Below are positions 38,106-47,389 of a DNA stretch of 64,000 nucleotides, in pieces. Each line of letters begins with the position of its first letter. Positions within the stretch are counted from its first letter, which is position 1. Below the pieces are notes generated by a model. That model made no database searches. It worked only from the letters and a program-made list of their open reading frames with translations, and was not told the DNA's origin. The stretch comes from Candidatus Latescibacterota bacterium (lineage in GTDB: Bacteria; Latescibacterota; UBA2968; UBA8231), in contig OZ244561.1 in assembly GCA_965217585.1 (NCBI GenBank), positions 2,464,001 through 2,528,000 of the forward strand. The letters run 5' to 3'. A program made the translations under genes and the position numbers.

Positions 38106-39242
38106 GTGAAAATCGCTGCCATCGAAACCTTCGACCTCACCTGTCCCCTCGAACGCCCCTTTGGCTGGTCCCAAGGCTGGATCGACCAGCGCGTCACCAC
38201 GCTCGTCAAAGTCACCACGGACGACGGCCTCGTCGGCTGGGGCGAAGGCGCGGCTGCCGGTCTCATCGACGGCTTGCTCGCCCCGCTGCTCATCGGCCAA
38301 GACCCCATGGACCGCGCAGGGCTCTGGGAGCGCATGTTCCACGCTCTCTACAACGGCAACAACGCGGTCGGCCTAGCCGGCAGCGCCCTTTCCGCGCTCG
38401 ACATCGCCCTTTGGGATCTCGCTGGCAAAGCCACCGGCCTCCCGGTCTGCGCCCTCCTCGGCGGCAAGGTCCGCGATAAAATCGCCGTCTATGCCACCGG
38501 CCTCTACTATACCGAAGGCGAGTTTCCCGACCGTCTGCTCGACGAGGCGCGGAGCTATGTGGCCGCAGGCTTCAAGGGGATGAAGACCAAGGTCGGGGGG
38601 CTGTCCATCGCCGAGGATGTCGCGCGCGTCCGGGCACTGCGCGAGGCCATCGGCCCGGACATTCATCTCATGGTCGATGCCAACGAAGCCTACAACGCCA
38701 CCACGGCGATTCGCATCGGCCAGAAGCTGGCCGAGCTGGACCTGGTGTGGTTTGAAGAGCCGGTCAACGCCCAGGACTTGGACGGCTATTTGGAAGTCAA
38801 AGCGGCGCTGCCCATGGCCATTGCCGGCGGCGAGAACCTGCGCACCCGCTACGAATTCAAACCCTATCTAACGCGCCGCGCCTACGACATTGTCCAGCCT
38901 GACATCATGCACTGCGGCGGCATCACCGAAATGCAGCGCATCTGCGCCATGGCCAATGCCTGCGGCATTCAGGTCAACCCTCACGTCTGGGGATCACCCG
39001 TTATGATCGCCGCTACTTTGCATCTAGCTGCCACCTTGCCGCCCTGCCCACCAGCGCGCAACGCCCAGCCCTATATGCAGGAGCCGGTGATGGAATTCGA
39101 CCGCACGCCAAGTGCCATCCGCCAAGAGCTATGCGCGGTGCCGTTTGACCAAGAGGACAGCTTTGTGCGCGTGCCGACTGGGCCGGGATTGGGGATTGAG
39201 GTGGATGAAGAAGCGGTCGGGAATTTGCGGGCCTCTCGGTGA
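38106..39242 (+). CDS. Mandelate racemase family enzyme (galactarolactone cycloisomerase-like)
   Basis: DGLVGWGE, YATGLY, KTKVG, VDAN, WFEEP, GGEN, PHVWG, EFDRT. Confidence 0.88.
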   Translation: MKIAAIETFDLTCPLERPFGWSQGWIDQRVTTLVKVTTDDGLVGWGEGAAAGLIDGLLAPLLIGQDPMDRAGLWERMFHALYNGNNAVGLAGSALSALDIALWDLAGKATGLPVCALLGGKVRDKIAVYATGLYYTEGEFPDRLLDEARSYVAAGFKGMKTKVGGLSIAEDVARVRALREAIGPDIHLMVDANEAYNATTAIRIGQKLAELDLVWFEEPVNAQDLDGYLEVKAALPMAIAGGENLRTRYEFKPYLTRRAYDIVQPDIMHCGGITEMQRICAMANACGIQVNPHVWGSPVMIAATLHLAATLPPCPPARNAQPYMQEPVMEFDRTPSAIRQELCAVPFDQEDSFVRVPTGPGLGIEVDEEAVGNLRASR

Positions 39243-40165
39243 CGGCGAGCGACCGGACGGAGCGTCGATCACTAGGCCTGACCCTTGCCTTTACCACCCT
39301 GCTGTTGTGGGGTGCTCTGCCCGTGGTGCTCAAGCTGCTGTTGCAATCGCTGGACCCCTTTACAGTTACTTGGTACCGTTTCCTGCTCGCGGGGGCCATG
39401 CTAGTCCCCGTCATCCACTTTCGCTACGGCCTCGCTTCGCCTTTTCGGATTCGCGGCGCAGCCTTGGCTCTAGCGGTGGTTTGCGTTCTCGGCCTCGGCG
39501 GCAACTACCTGACTTATCTAATGGGTCTGAGCCGCATCTCGCCTGGCTCAGCTCAGATCGTGATGCAGTTTTCGCCAATAATTGTGCTCTTGGGCGGGTT
39601 GATCCTCTTCAAAGAACCCTTTAGCCGTCTGCAATGGATCGGCCTCGGCGTGCTGATCGTGGGGATGGGGCTATTTTTCAATCAGCGCTTCGCCGAGCTG
39701 CTCTCCTTGGTGGAAAACTATGGCATCGGCGTTTGGCTCGTCTTTACCTCGGCCATCCTCTGGGGGGTCTTCATGCTGGCGCAAAAACCCCTGCTGCGGC
39801 ACCTACCTTCGACCTCAATCATGGCCTTGGTCTATTGGTTTGGTATGCTGCTCTTCCTGCCTTTGGCCCAGCCGAGCCGCATATTCGACCTGCCGACCAT
39901 CCCCTGCTTGCTCTTGGCCTGCTCGGTCGTCTTCACCCTCGTCTCCTATCTCAGCTTCGCCGAATCGCTCAAGCGGATGGAGGCTTCGCGCATAGGCGCA
40001 CTGGTCTCGCTGACGCCCCTGATCACTATAGCTATGTTGGGCCTACTCGCTCTCTTCGACCCCAACCTAGTCCCCATGGAACCCCTCAACAGACCCGCCG
40101 TCGGCGGTATCATACTGGTGGTCGTCGGATCGATGTGTAGTACCTTGGGCAAGAGCGCCTCCTAA
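39239..40165 (+). CDS. DMT/EamA family transporter
   Basis: LLWGALP, TWYRF, ten hydrophobic segments; GTGA overlap. Confidence 0.9.
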   Translation: MTASDRTERRSLGLTLAFTTLLLWGALPVVLKLLLQSLDPFTVTWYRFLLAGAMLVPVIHFRYGLASPFRIRGAALALAVVCVLGLGGNYLTYLMGLSRISPGSAQIVMQFSPIIVLLGGLILFKEPFSRLQWIGLGVLIVGMGLFFNQRFAELLSLVENYGIGVWLVFTSAILWGVFMLAQKPLLRHLPSTSIMALVYWFGMLLFLPLAQPSRIFDLPTIPCLLLACSVVFTLVSYLSFAESLKRMEASRIGALVSLTPLITIAMLGLLALFDPNLVPMEPLNRPAVGGIILVVVGSMCSTLGKSAS

Positions 40166-40282
40166 CGGCCTAAAGCAGAGCGAGGAAACATCCCGAGGAA
40201 CTCATTAGCCGGGATTGAGGGTTGAAGTGGATGAAGAGATCGTCGCGAGGTTGCAGCGATAACCCTATAAGGAGCCAATTCT

Positions 40283-41452
40283 ATGGTATTCTCAAGAGTA
40301 TTCAGTGCGGCTTTGGCTGTGGTCCTTCTATTCGCGCAGGGCAGATTTGTCGAAGCAACGGAGGTCCAGCTTTTCTCCCCATCTGTACGCGTCAACGGGA
40401 TGGGGCAGGCGGGCGTCGCTCTCCCGGACGAGCCCGCGGGCTACTACAATCCTGGTGCGGCAGCCCTATCGTCTCCTACACACACCCTGCAGAGCCGCTT
40501 CTATCTGAGCGGACTGCCGGTATTCGAGGAGGACATTACCTACAGCTATTTTGCCGCCCAAGCTGCAACCGAGCGGGCTTTCGACCGTCTCTCTTGGAAG
40601 GGTCCAACAAGGCTTAGAGCAGCATTCTACGGATATCGGACGGAGTTGGATTTCGGACAAGTTTTCCCCAATGATGTGGAGGTAGCCAACAATATAGGCA
40701 TCAGCTTGGCCTTGAGGTCCGTCGTGGAAGTAGGCATCGGTGCTACCGCTAAGTGGATTTCATCCGAACTTGGTTGGTTAGAAGGATCCGCCAAGACACA
40801 CGATCTCGGTCTCATGGCGGTAGTACCGGTAGTCGGTGTTGTGGAACGCCTCACAGGGTGGGCCCTTGCCCCTAATCATCACCTCCAGCCCAAGTTTGAT
40901 TTCGGGTTGGGCGTCATGTGGCAGAATCATGGGAAGGCAGCCGTTACCCACATCGCTCGGTCACAGGGGCTTGATTCTGACTTTGAAGAGTCCCTTGAGC
41001 GGATGGTTCCCTATATTCTACCGACGATCAAGCGGCACGGATGGTCGTATAGCTCTGGAATGGACTGGCATTCCGACTCTTTCAGCCTCGCCCTTGGGCG
41101 AGTGACATTCTCCCAAGAAATCTCCCGACGAACCGACTACGACCATATCACGGGCCTTGCGGATCGCAGCAGTGAGCGCGACAAAAGCGGGGTTGAAGTT
41201 TCGATCCTGGAAACGGTCTCTATTCGGCGAGGTGAGTACGAGGTCGTCTATCCCACCAAGACCTCGGGGTGGACCGTCAAGTCCGATGGCCTCTTCAAGA
41301 TCATTGCCCACTTTCTCGACAGTAAAGCGCCCAGATCCAAACGCGATGCACTCCAGTTCCTTGCCAGACACTTGTCGATCAGTTGGTCCCGGTTCGAAAA
41401 CAATCCGGCATGGTTGGCCCGCAGCCACTCCTTTATCGGCCTGTCGTTCTGA
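40283..41452 (+). CDS. PorV/PorQ-like (FadL-type) outer-membrane beta-barrel protein
   Basis: Signal peptide, SPSVRVNGMGQAGVA..YYNPGAAAL N-terminal signature, C-terminal Phe. Confidence 0.6.
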   Translation: MVFSRVFSAALAVVLLFAQGRFVEATEVQLFSPSVRVNGMGQAGVALPDEPAGYYNPGAAALSSPTHTLQSRFYLSGLPVFEEDITYSYFAAQAATERAFDRLSWKGPTRLRAAFYGYRTELDFGQVFPNDVEVANNIGISLALRSVVEVGIGATAKWISSELGWLEGSAKTHDLGLMAVVPVVGVVERLTGWALAPNHHLQPKFDFGLGVMWQNHGKAAVTHIARSQGLDSDFEESLERMVPYILPTIKRHGWSYSSGMDWHSDSFSLALGRVTFSQEISRRTDYDHITGLADRSSERDKSGVEVSILETVSIRRGEYEVVYPTKTSGWTVKSDGLFKIIAHFLDSKAPRSKRDALQFLARHLSISWSRFENNPAWLARSHSFIGLSF

Positions 41453-41524
41453 GTAGCGGATTCCCTGCTCGCGCCAATCAATTCGCCTCCAGCCCAAGAG
41501 CATCGCGAGGAGACCGAAGCACCA

Positions 41525-42100
41525 ATGGACTTTCGCATCGAAGAAGAAAGCATCGACGTCCTGTCCGAATACGGCCAAGTGCCCATCGCCTTTGAAGTAA
41601 AAGGCCGCTTTCGCGTCGAACTCGTCACCAATGGCTTGGGAGGGATCCGGTTAGTTGAAGAATCCGTCGATCCGCCCTATATCAAAGACTACGACCACTC
41701 CGGCGGCCCCGAACGCTGGACCCGGAGAACGTGGGATCTCTCGCGGTGGATTATCGTCGCCGCATACAGGGAACAAGAGCGCATCGGCGGAGCCATTGTC
41801 GCCTTTCACAGCGAAGGCTTAGACTACTGCGAAGGGCGCGAAGACCTAGCCGGCCTCTGGGACATCCGCGTGCGCTCCGAATATCAAGGACGAGGCGTGG
41901 GCAAGGCGCTCTTCCAACGCGCCGAGACCTGCGCCAAGCAGCAGGGCTGCACCCAGTTAAAAATCGAAACCCAAAACATCAACGTGCCCGCCTGCCGCTT
42001 CTACGCCCGCATGGGTGCCAAGCTCGGTCAAGTCCATCTCTACGCCTACCATACCGAGGGGCTAGACGAGGTGCAACTGACTTGGTACAAGGATCTATAG
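41525..42100 (+). CDS. GNAT acetyltransferase (streptothricin acetyltransferase-like fold)
   Basis: LWDIRV..YQGRGVGKAL, LKIETQNINVPACRFY. Confidence 0.88.
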   Translation: MDFRIEEESIDVLSEYGQVPIAFEVKGRFRVELVTNGLGGIRLVEESVDPPYIKDYDHSGGPERWTRRTWDLSRWIIVAAYREQERIGGAIVAFHSEGLDYCEGREDLAGLWDIRVRSEYQGRGVGKALFQRAETCAKQQGCTQLKIETQNINVPACRFYARMGAKLGQVHLYAYHTEGLDEVQLTWYKDL

Positions 42101-42170
42101 CCGCCGCAGACGCTGGCAGTCAAAAACAACATTTGAGTATAATTCAGGTTTAAACCGAGGATAGCCGAGT

Positions 42171-43349
42171 ATGACAGATCTTTTCGAGAGAGTGCGCGAA
42201 GACTTCCCGCGAGCGCGGACCATGGCGTACTTCGACAACGCCTCGTCACATCCGATCAGTGTGCACTCGGCCGCGGCCCTGCACCGGTACGTCGATTGGG
42301 TCGCGCACGAGGTGGGGGAGCCGTGGTGGCCAGCCTGGGCGCCGCCGCGAGACAAAGCCAAAACCCTATTTGCCCAGCTCATCAACGCCGACCCCGGAGA
42401 AATCGCCTTTGCGCGCAGCACTGTAGAATCGGAGAGCAATATCCTCAACGGCTTGCGGGATCATCTGGAGGGCGGCAATGTGGTGACGTCGGATTTGACC
42501 TTCAGCCCCTGCATCTACAACTACAAGTTTCGCGAGCAGCAAGGTCTCGATGTGCGAATCGTCAAGAGCAGTCTGTCGCCAGTATTGGCGACACATCGCA
42601 ACTGGCAAATCGACATGGCCGCCATGGAAGACGCGGTCGATGGCAATACCCGGCTGATTTCGGTGGCATTGGTGTCAAACGTCAATGGGTATGTCGCAGA
42701 TGTCGCGGCACTGAGCAAGCTGGCTCACGACAACGGCGCATATCTGTATGTCGACATCATGCAGGCCGCGGGCGGCGTTCCAATCGACGTCAAGGCGATG
42801 GGCATCGACTTTGCGGCTTGTTCGACGTTCAAGTGGCTGATGGGCGTAAAGGGGTTCGGATTTCTGTACGTTCGCTCTGATCTGCAGCTTGACGTGCTCA
42901 AACCGTCTCAACCCTCGGGTGGTGTGGTCCTCAACTATCCCCCTTGGGTGGAAGAGCCCGATTCGGCTAGTGAGGAGATATCGTTTTCACCCCCGACCGG
43001 AGTCGGTGCCTACGAGGTCAGTTACCCCTCATACGAAGGAGTCGTGTGCGCCCAAGAGAGCTTGCAGTACATCCTGCGCCTCGGAGTCGACAGAATCCGC
43101 AGCCACGCGAGAGACCTGACCGATCGCCTGCAGGAGGAGCTGCCGCAGAGGGGGTACAAATCGATCACGCCGCAGGGGAACGAAAGCCCCATACTCTCCT
43201 TCGTAGCTCCACACCCCGAAGCGGTCCTAGCCAGTTGCAGGAGTGCCAATGTTCACGTGGCGATGCGCTTCGGCAACAAGATGCGCCTCTCACCCTCGGT
43301 GTACAACAACCACGAGGATATCGATCGCCTCCTCGAGGCCCTGCCTTAG
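42171..43349 (+). CDS. Class V PLP-dependent aminotransferase/lyase family protein
   Basis: REDFP, YFDNAS, VDIMQAAG, ACSTFKWLMG (PLP Lys), RLSPSVYN. Confidence 0.9.
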   Translation: MTDLFERVREDFPRARTMAYFDNASSHPISVHSAAALHRYVDWVAHEVGEPWWPAWAPPRDKAKTLFAQLINADPGEIAFARSTVESESNILNGLRDHLEGGNVVTSDLTFSPCIYNYKFREQQGLDVRIVKSSLSPVLATHRNWQIDMAAMEDAVDGNTRLISVALVSNVNGYVADVAALSKLAHDNGAYLYVDIMQAAGGVPIDVKAMGIDFAACSTFKWLMGVKGFGFLYVRSDLQLDVLKPSQPSGGVVLNYPPWVEEPDSASEEISFSPPTGVGAYEVSYPSYEGVVCAQESLQYILRLGVDRIRSHARDLTDRLQEELPQRGYKSITPQGNESPILSFVAPHPEAVLASCRSANVHVAMRFGNKMRLSPSVYNNHEDIDRLLEALP

Positions 43350-43470
43350 CAGCCGTCTCAAAATTCTAAGTGCGCTCCGCCCAACGTCATTTCACATCTG
43401 AGTTCATCTGCGTTCATCTGCGGATACCTTGCCGTCGGGAGACAGCCGATAGGGGTTTTGAGACCGCTTC
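43349..43470. mobile_element. 122-bp MITE-like element with 15-bp imperfect TIRs and TTA direct repeats
   Basis: Left GCAGCCGTCTCAAAA and right TTTTGAGACCGCTTC are 13/15 complementary; TTA at 43346-48 and 43471-73; carries CATCTGCG repeat copy 3 (43395-43427). Confidence 0.65.
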
Positions 43471-43479
43471 TTAGTCCCC

Positions 43480-44361
43480 TCACACCGAATCGGCCACCTC
43501 GGTAAGTCCTGCGTAGCCGTTGCTCTGCTTGGGTCTGCGGGAATGATGTGAGGGCAAGAGCAGGGCTGCCTGTTGGGGAGCGGTGAGCTCGTCCCAGTAG
43601 GACGGACGCCGACCGCGCACGCCGCCGCCACCCCATGCCATGTGTCCGACGTTGTACTTATAGAGGATGGCACGGCGCTGGTGATCGGCATCCCACGGGA
43701 GGGTGCCGTGGGTGCATGCCTCGCTGAAGATGATGGCGTCGCCGGCTTTGGCGTTTATCTCGGTCACGTATTCCTGGTACTGTTCCCATCTGCGCATCTT
43801 GGCCGGGCAGGTCACGTTGGCCTTGTGGCTGCCGGCAATGACGCTGATGCCGCCGTCGCCGGGCCCCTCGTCGGCGAGCAGGTATTCGATGACGCAAAGG
43901 CCGGTGAAGATCTTACCCTCGCGGTAGAAATAGGGTGCGTTGTCGAAGTTGCCGTGCAGCATGCCGCCGGAACATCCCTTGTCCATAGCGATCAGACCCG
44001 GACCGTGGTCGAGCCGCCAGCCTTCCCCGAGGATCGTGTTGAGGTGAGGGATGGTTTTGGGATGCGCCAGCATTTCTCTGAAGGGCTCGCAGACCGGCCG
44101 CGGCAATTCCAACAGGCCCTCGCTGTTGCCGAGGCGTGTCGAGGTATTTTCACCCTGCAAAGCAACGGAGTCGCCAAAGTACTCTGGGCTCGGTGTGAGC
44201 TCCATCGAGTCGATGGCTTCGTTAGCCAGCTTCAGGTGTTCCTCGCTCAGCACGTCCCGCACGATCAAAAATCCGAGCAGGTCGAAGAGGTACTTCTCAT
44301 CGGCGGACATTTCCACCGTTTCTGCGGTGATTGAGCGCGAGGTGTTGGCGTGTTCAATCAT
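43480..44361 (-). CDS. PhyH-family Fe/2OG enzyme lacking the canonical Asp (HGN)
   Basis: DEKYLFDLLGFL, LHGN, GDGGISVIAGSHKAN, FSEACTHG. Confidence 0.85.
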   Translation of the reverse strand: MIEHANTSRSITAETVEMSADEKYLFDLLGFLIVRDVLSEEHLKLANEAIDSMELTPSPEYFGDSVALQGENTSTRLGNSEGLLELPRPVCEPFREMLAHPKTIPHLNTILGEGWRLDHGPGLIAMDKGCSGGMLHGNFDNAPYFYREGKIFTGLCVIEYLLADEGPGDGGISVIAGSHKANVTCPAKMRRWEQYQEYVTEINAKAGDAIIFSEACTHGTLPWDADHQRRAILYKYNVGHMAWGGGGVRGRRPSYWDELTAPQQAALLLPSHHSRRPKQSNGYAGLTEVADSV

Positions 44362-44456
44362 GGCTGTTCTCCGTGGGATGGATTGTTGGAAGATTGGTTA
44401 CAGTAGCTTTTATCAACAAAATGCCCTTAGCAGGTACGGTGTGCAAGGCCTATTTC

Positions 44457-44616
44457 CAACTTGGCGCGGGGCGAAGCGGTGTATATGTTGAGCAAGATGC
44501 ACCGCAACCCACGTTGAGGACTGACTATGGCCAATATCACCCGCGCCCCTTTCATTGGCAACAATTTCACCGCCCGCGTATTGACTCGACTGGTCAGCGC
44601 CGGCGGCAAGGGATAG
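44457..44616 (+). pseudogene. Duplicated upstream region and 5' end of the SGNH hydrolase gene (29-codon mini-ORF 44527..44616)
   Basis: Aligns by eye to 47318..47490; encodes MANITRAPFIGNNFTAR versus MANITRILFIGNSFTAR. Confidence 0.85.
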
Positions 44617-44620
44617 CGCT

Positions 44621-45505
44621 ATGCGCCCTTGGACCTGCCCCTTAGTGCTAGATTCGTCGCGCAAGATCGTCGCCGGAAGCCAAGACGCCTTAGTCCGCGC
44701 CATCCGCCGTGGCGCAGATCTGCGCATCTACACCGAATTTCGCCACAACGAGCACATCGATGTGCGCTCCCTCAGCGACGAAAAGGTGCGCGAGGTGGCC
44801 GAGTTTGCCGTGACGTATCTCGTCGAAGACCGCTGGGCCGCCGGCCTGATGAGCCTGCGCCAGCCCGTGTCCCTGCCCGACGGATTTGGGCCGCGACCCT
44901 CGCTATCGTTTTTCCTCTACAATCAAGACGGCCACCAAGCCCTTGGCCGTCCCCACCTCGACGGGCAACAGACCGTGCCCGCCCCCGAGGGGGGACCGCA
45001 TCCCATGCCGAAGTACCACTTGCTCGACAGCCATGACCTAGCGACCAATGCCCCCAGCCACAACTTCATTTACGACTTTGATATTTATAAGTTCTACGTC
45101 GCCGACACCTGGGAGGAAGTATTACACCACGACGCCCACGGCCACATCCTCTCCGGCTCTATCGACGCCCTCGCCACCGCCTTTGGCGACGGTGCGTCCA
45201 TCAAGGTCGGCATTGGCGGGTTGTGCGCGGACCTCCCCGGAGCCGGGGCAGACCTAGTCCACGAGGTATTCGTCGAAACCGGCTCGGGTTATTACTATGT
45301 CGAGCAGCGGCTCTTTATTGCCGGATCGCATCCGGTCATCCGCGTCCGGCCGAGTATCCCCATGCGCTATCAGAGCAAGGGCTGGGACTTTGGCTGGCTG
45401 GTGCTGCGCACCGACGGGACGGTCGTCTATCGGCAGTGCGATCCCTATTCGCTCGCCTTTGCCGATGGAACGCGACGACACCCGATTCGCTGGTTCGCTC
45501 GCTGA
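44621..45505 (+). CDS. Hypothetical protein with an internal two-fold repeat
   Basis: 294 aa; W..L..D....I..GS.DAL..A...GA occurs twice. Confidence 0.75.
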   Translation: MRPWTCPLVLDSSRKIVAGSQDALVRAIRRGADLRIYTEFRHNEHIDVRSLSDEKVREVAEFAVTYLVEDRWAAGLMSLRQPVSLPDGFGPRPSLSFFLYNQDGHQALGRPHLDGQQTVPAPEGGPHPMPKYHLLDSHDLATNAPSHNFIYDFDIYKFYVADTWEEVLHHDAHGHILSGSIDALATAFGDGASIKVGIGGLCADLPGAGADLVHEVFVETGSGYYYVEQRLFIAGSHPVIRVRPSIPMRYQSKGWDFGWLVLRTDGTVVYRQCDPYSLAFADGTRRHPIRWFAR

Positions 45506-45706
45506 CCCGCCGGTTGGCTCCCCCTTGCGGTCGGAGAGAGAAGCGTTCGGTCGGAGGGTGAAACGCTTCTTATACCGTTTTGCTAATCGTCTGTCCTAAT
45601 AAGTCTCCCCCAAGAGAAGAGGGTAATTAGGACACTAAAAAGTCAAATCGGTATTACATCAACCCGTTCAACCTCCCGATCAAAGAGGCTATCCCAATAA
45701 ACGCCG

Positions 45707-46465
45707 ATGAACACAGCAGACTACGAATTCTTTCGCCGCAATGGCTACATCCTCTTAGGCCAACTTTTCTCCGACCAAGACGCTGCCCGCCTGCGCCAAG
45801 GCTTTGACGAGGACCGCGCAACTTGGAGCCGCGCCATGTGGCGCCCTTTGGAAGGTGCCTACCAGACCGTCAACTGCGATCCCCTGATCACTTGGCCCGC
45901 AGTCGAAGAGATCATCCGCCACCCGCAAATCCTCGACGCAGTGGAAGCGCTGCTCGGTGCCCCCACCTGCCTCTCTGAAGCCTGCCTGCGCCACATGGCA
46001 CCCTACGAGGGCGAAGGCTGGCGACGCTGGCATCGCGACCGCCCGCACTGGCAGCAGCATCCCCTGCGCACCCAGTATATCCACGCCCTCGTCTATTTGG
46101 CCGACGTCGACGAAACCACCCACTGCTTCTCCCTCTCGCCGGAAGCCGCCGACGCGCCCATTTTGGACCGTGAAGACCAACTCGCCCGCGGCGGGACCGT
46201 CGACCTCCACGGCCCGGCCGGCACCGTGGTGCTCTTCAACCTCTCGGTGCTACACACGGCGACCATCCGCCCGACCCAACAAGAACGCAAAACCGTACAG
46301 ATCTATTACGGACTCCGCGACCAACCTCACTTGAGCAACTACACGACCCTGCCCGCTCGGCTCTGGCGCGACCATTCCGATCCGGAGGTCCGCGCCTTCT
46401 ACTCAGTGCTCAATCCCAAGTCGCGGGCTTTTGCCGCGGCCTTCGGTGCATCTGCACCTGAGTAA
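45707..46465 (+). CDS. PhyH-family dioxygenase
   Basis: FFRRNGY, WHRD, GPAGTVVLFN..VLHTA. Confidence 0.88.
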   Translation: MNTADYEFFRRNGYILLGQLFSDQDAARLRQGFDEDRATWSRAMWRPLEGAYQTVNCDPLITWPAVEEIIRHPQILDAVEALLGAPTCLSEACLRHMAPYEGEGWRRWHRDRPHWQQHPLRTQYIHALVYLADVDETTHCFSLSPEAADAPILDREDQLARGGTVDLHGPAGTVVLFNLSVLHTATIRPTQQERKTVQIYYGLRDQPHLSNYTTLPARLWRDHSDPEVRAFYSVLNPKSRAFAAAFGASAPE

Positions 46466-46470
46466 AGACG

Positions 46471-47238
46471 CTAGGCTTCGTACATCACCGGGCAAATCTG
46501 GGGATCGTCCAAATGCGCGGTGTAGTAGCTCTGGTCGCCGGGCACCGGCACGGCTCTTTCGTCGCGCAAATGCACGGCCAAGCTCCAGCGCGCCGCATCC
46601 GAGACATTGGCGTTGGAGCCGTGGTAGGTTAGGCAGTGGTGGACGCTAAGCCCGCCTAAGGGCATCAGCACTGGCACTTCCTCCCAAGTCTCACCTGTCG
46701 GCACCGCGATGTCCTCGCGCAGCTTGTGCTGGTCCTTGTCGAAGAAATTGCCCTGATTCAAAAAGCCCCAACGGTGCGACCCGCGCACAAAGCGCATCGG
46801 CCCCAACTGCTCCCCCACATCGCACAGCGCGATCCACGCCGTAAAAAGCCCTTCGTCTTGCTGCCACATGCGCCAGTACTGGCGGTCTTGGTGCCAGCCG
46901 ACGTGCCCTGCGGTCGCGGACCCCGGCGGCTTGATCAGCAACTGGCTCGCCCACACCTGCACTCGCTGGGCGCCCGTCACTTCGGCGACTTTGCGTCCCA
47001 CTTGTGGACAGGTCACCAATTCATAGAGTCCCGTATCCGACCGATGCGGATTGTTGATCTTGCACAACACGTCTGGATCGTACCCAGGATGCTCGGTCGG
47101 CGGCAGCCCCATATCAAACTTTCCATCGCGCACCGCCACCATCCCCTGCAACGCCTTTGCCAACACATCGTCCGGCGCGACCTGCTCATCCGCGATACAA
47201 TACCCGTCCCGCTCGTATTGCTCGACCGTTTGTCCCAT
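46471..47238 (-). CDS. PhyH-family dioxygenase
   Basis: GWHQDRQYW, TAWIAL, GPMRFVRGSH, TYHGS. Confidence 0.92.
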   Translation of the reverse strand: MGQTVEQYERDGYCIADEQVAPDDVLAKALQGMVAVRDGKFDMGLPPTEHPGYDPDVLCKINNPHRSDTGLYELVTCPQVGRKVAEVTGAQRVQVWASQLLIKPPGSATAGHVGWHQDRQYWRMWQQDEGLFTAWIALCDVGEQLGPMRFVRGSHRWGFLNQGNFFDKDQHKLREDIAVPTGETWEEVPVLMPLGGLSVHHCLTYHGSNANVSDAARWSLAVHLRDERAVPVPGDQSYYTAHLDDPQICPVMYEA

Positions 47239-47389
47239 CAGAAGTTCTCCCTATTAGACTGCATAAAAACCGTCAACATCGAGATCCTGCCTACCGAATA
47301 CGAGGCTATTAGGATAGCAACTTGGCGCGGGGCGAAGCGGTGTTTATGTTGAGCACATGACACCCCTCAACCCACACTGAGGACTGACT

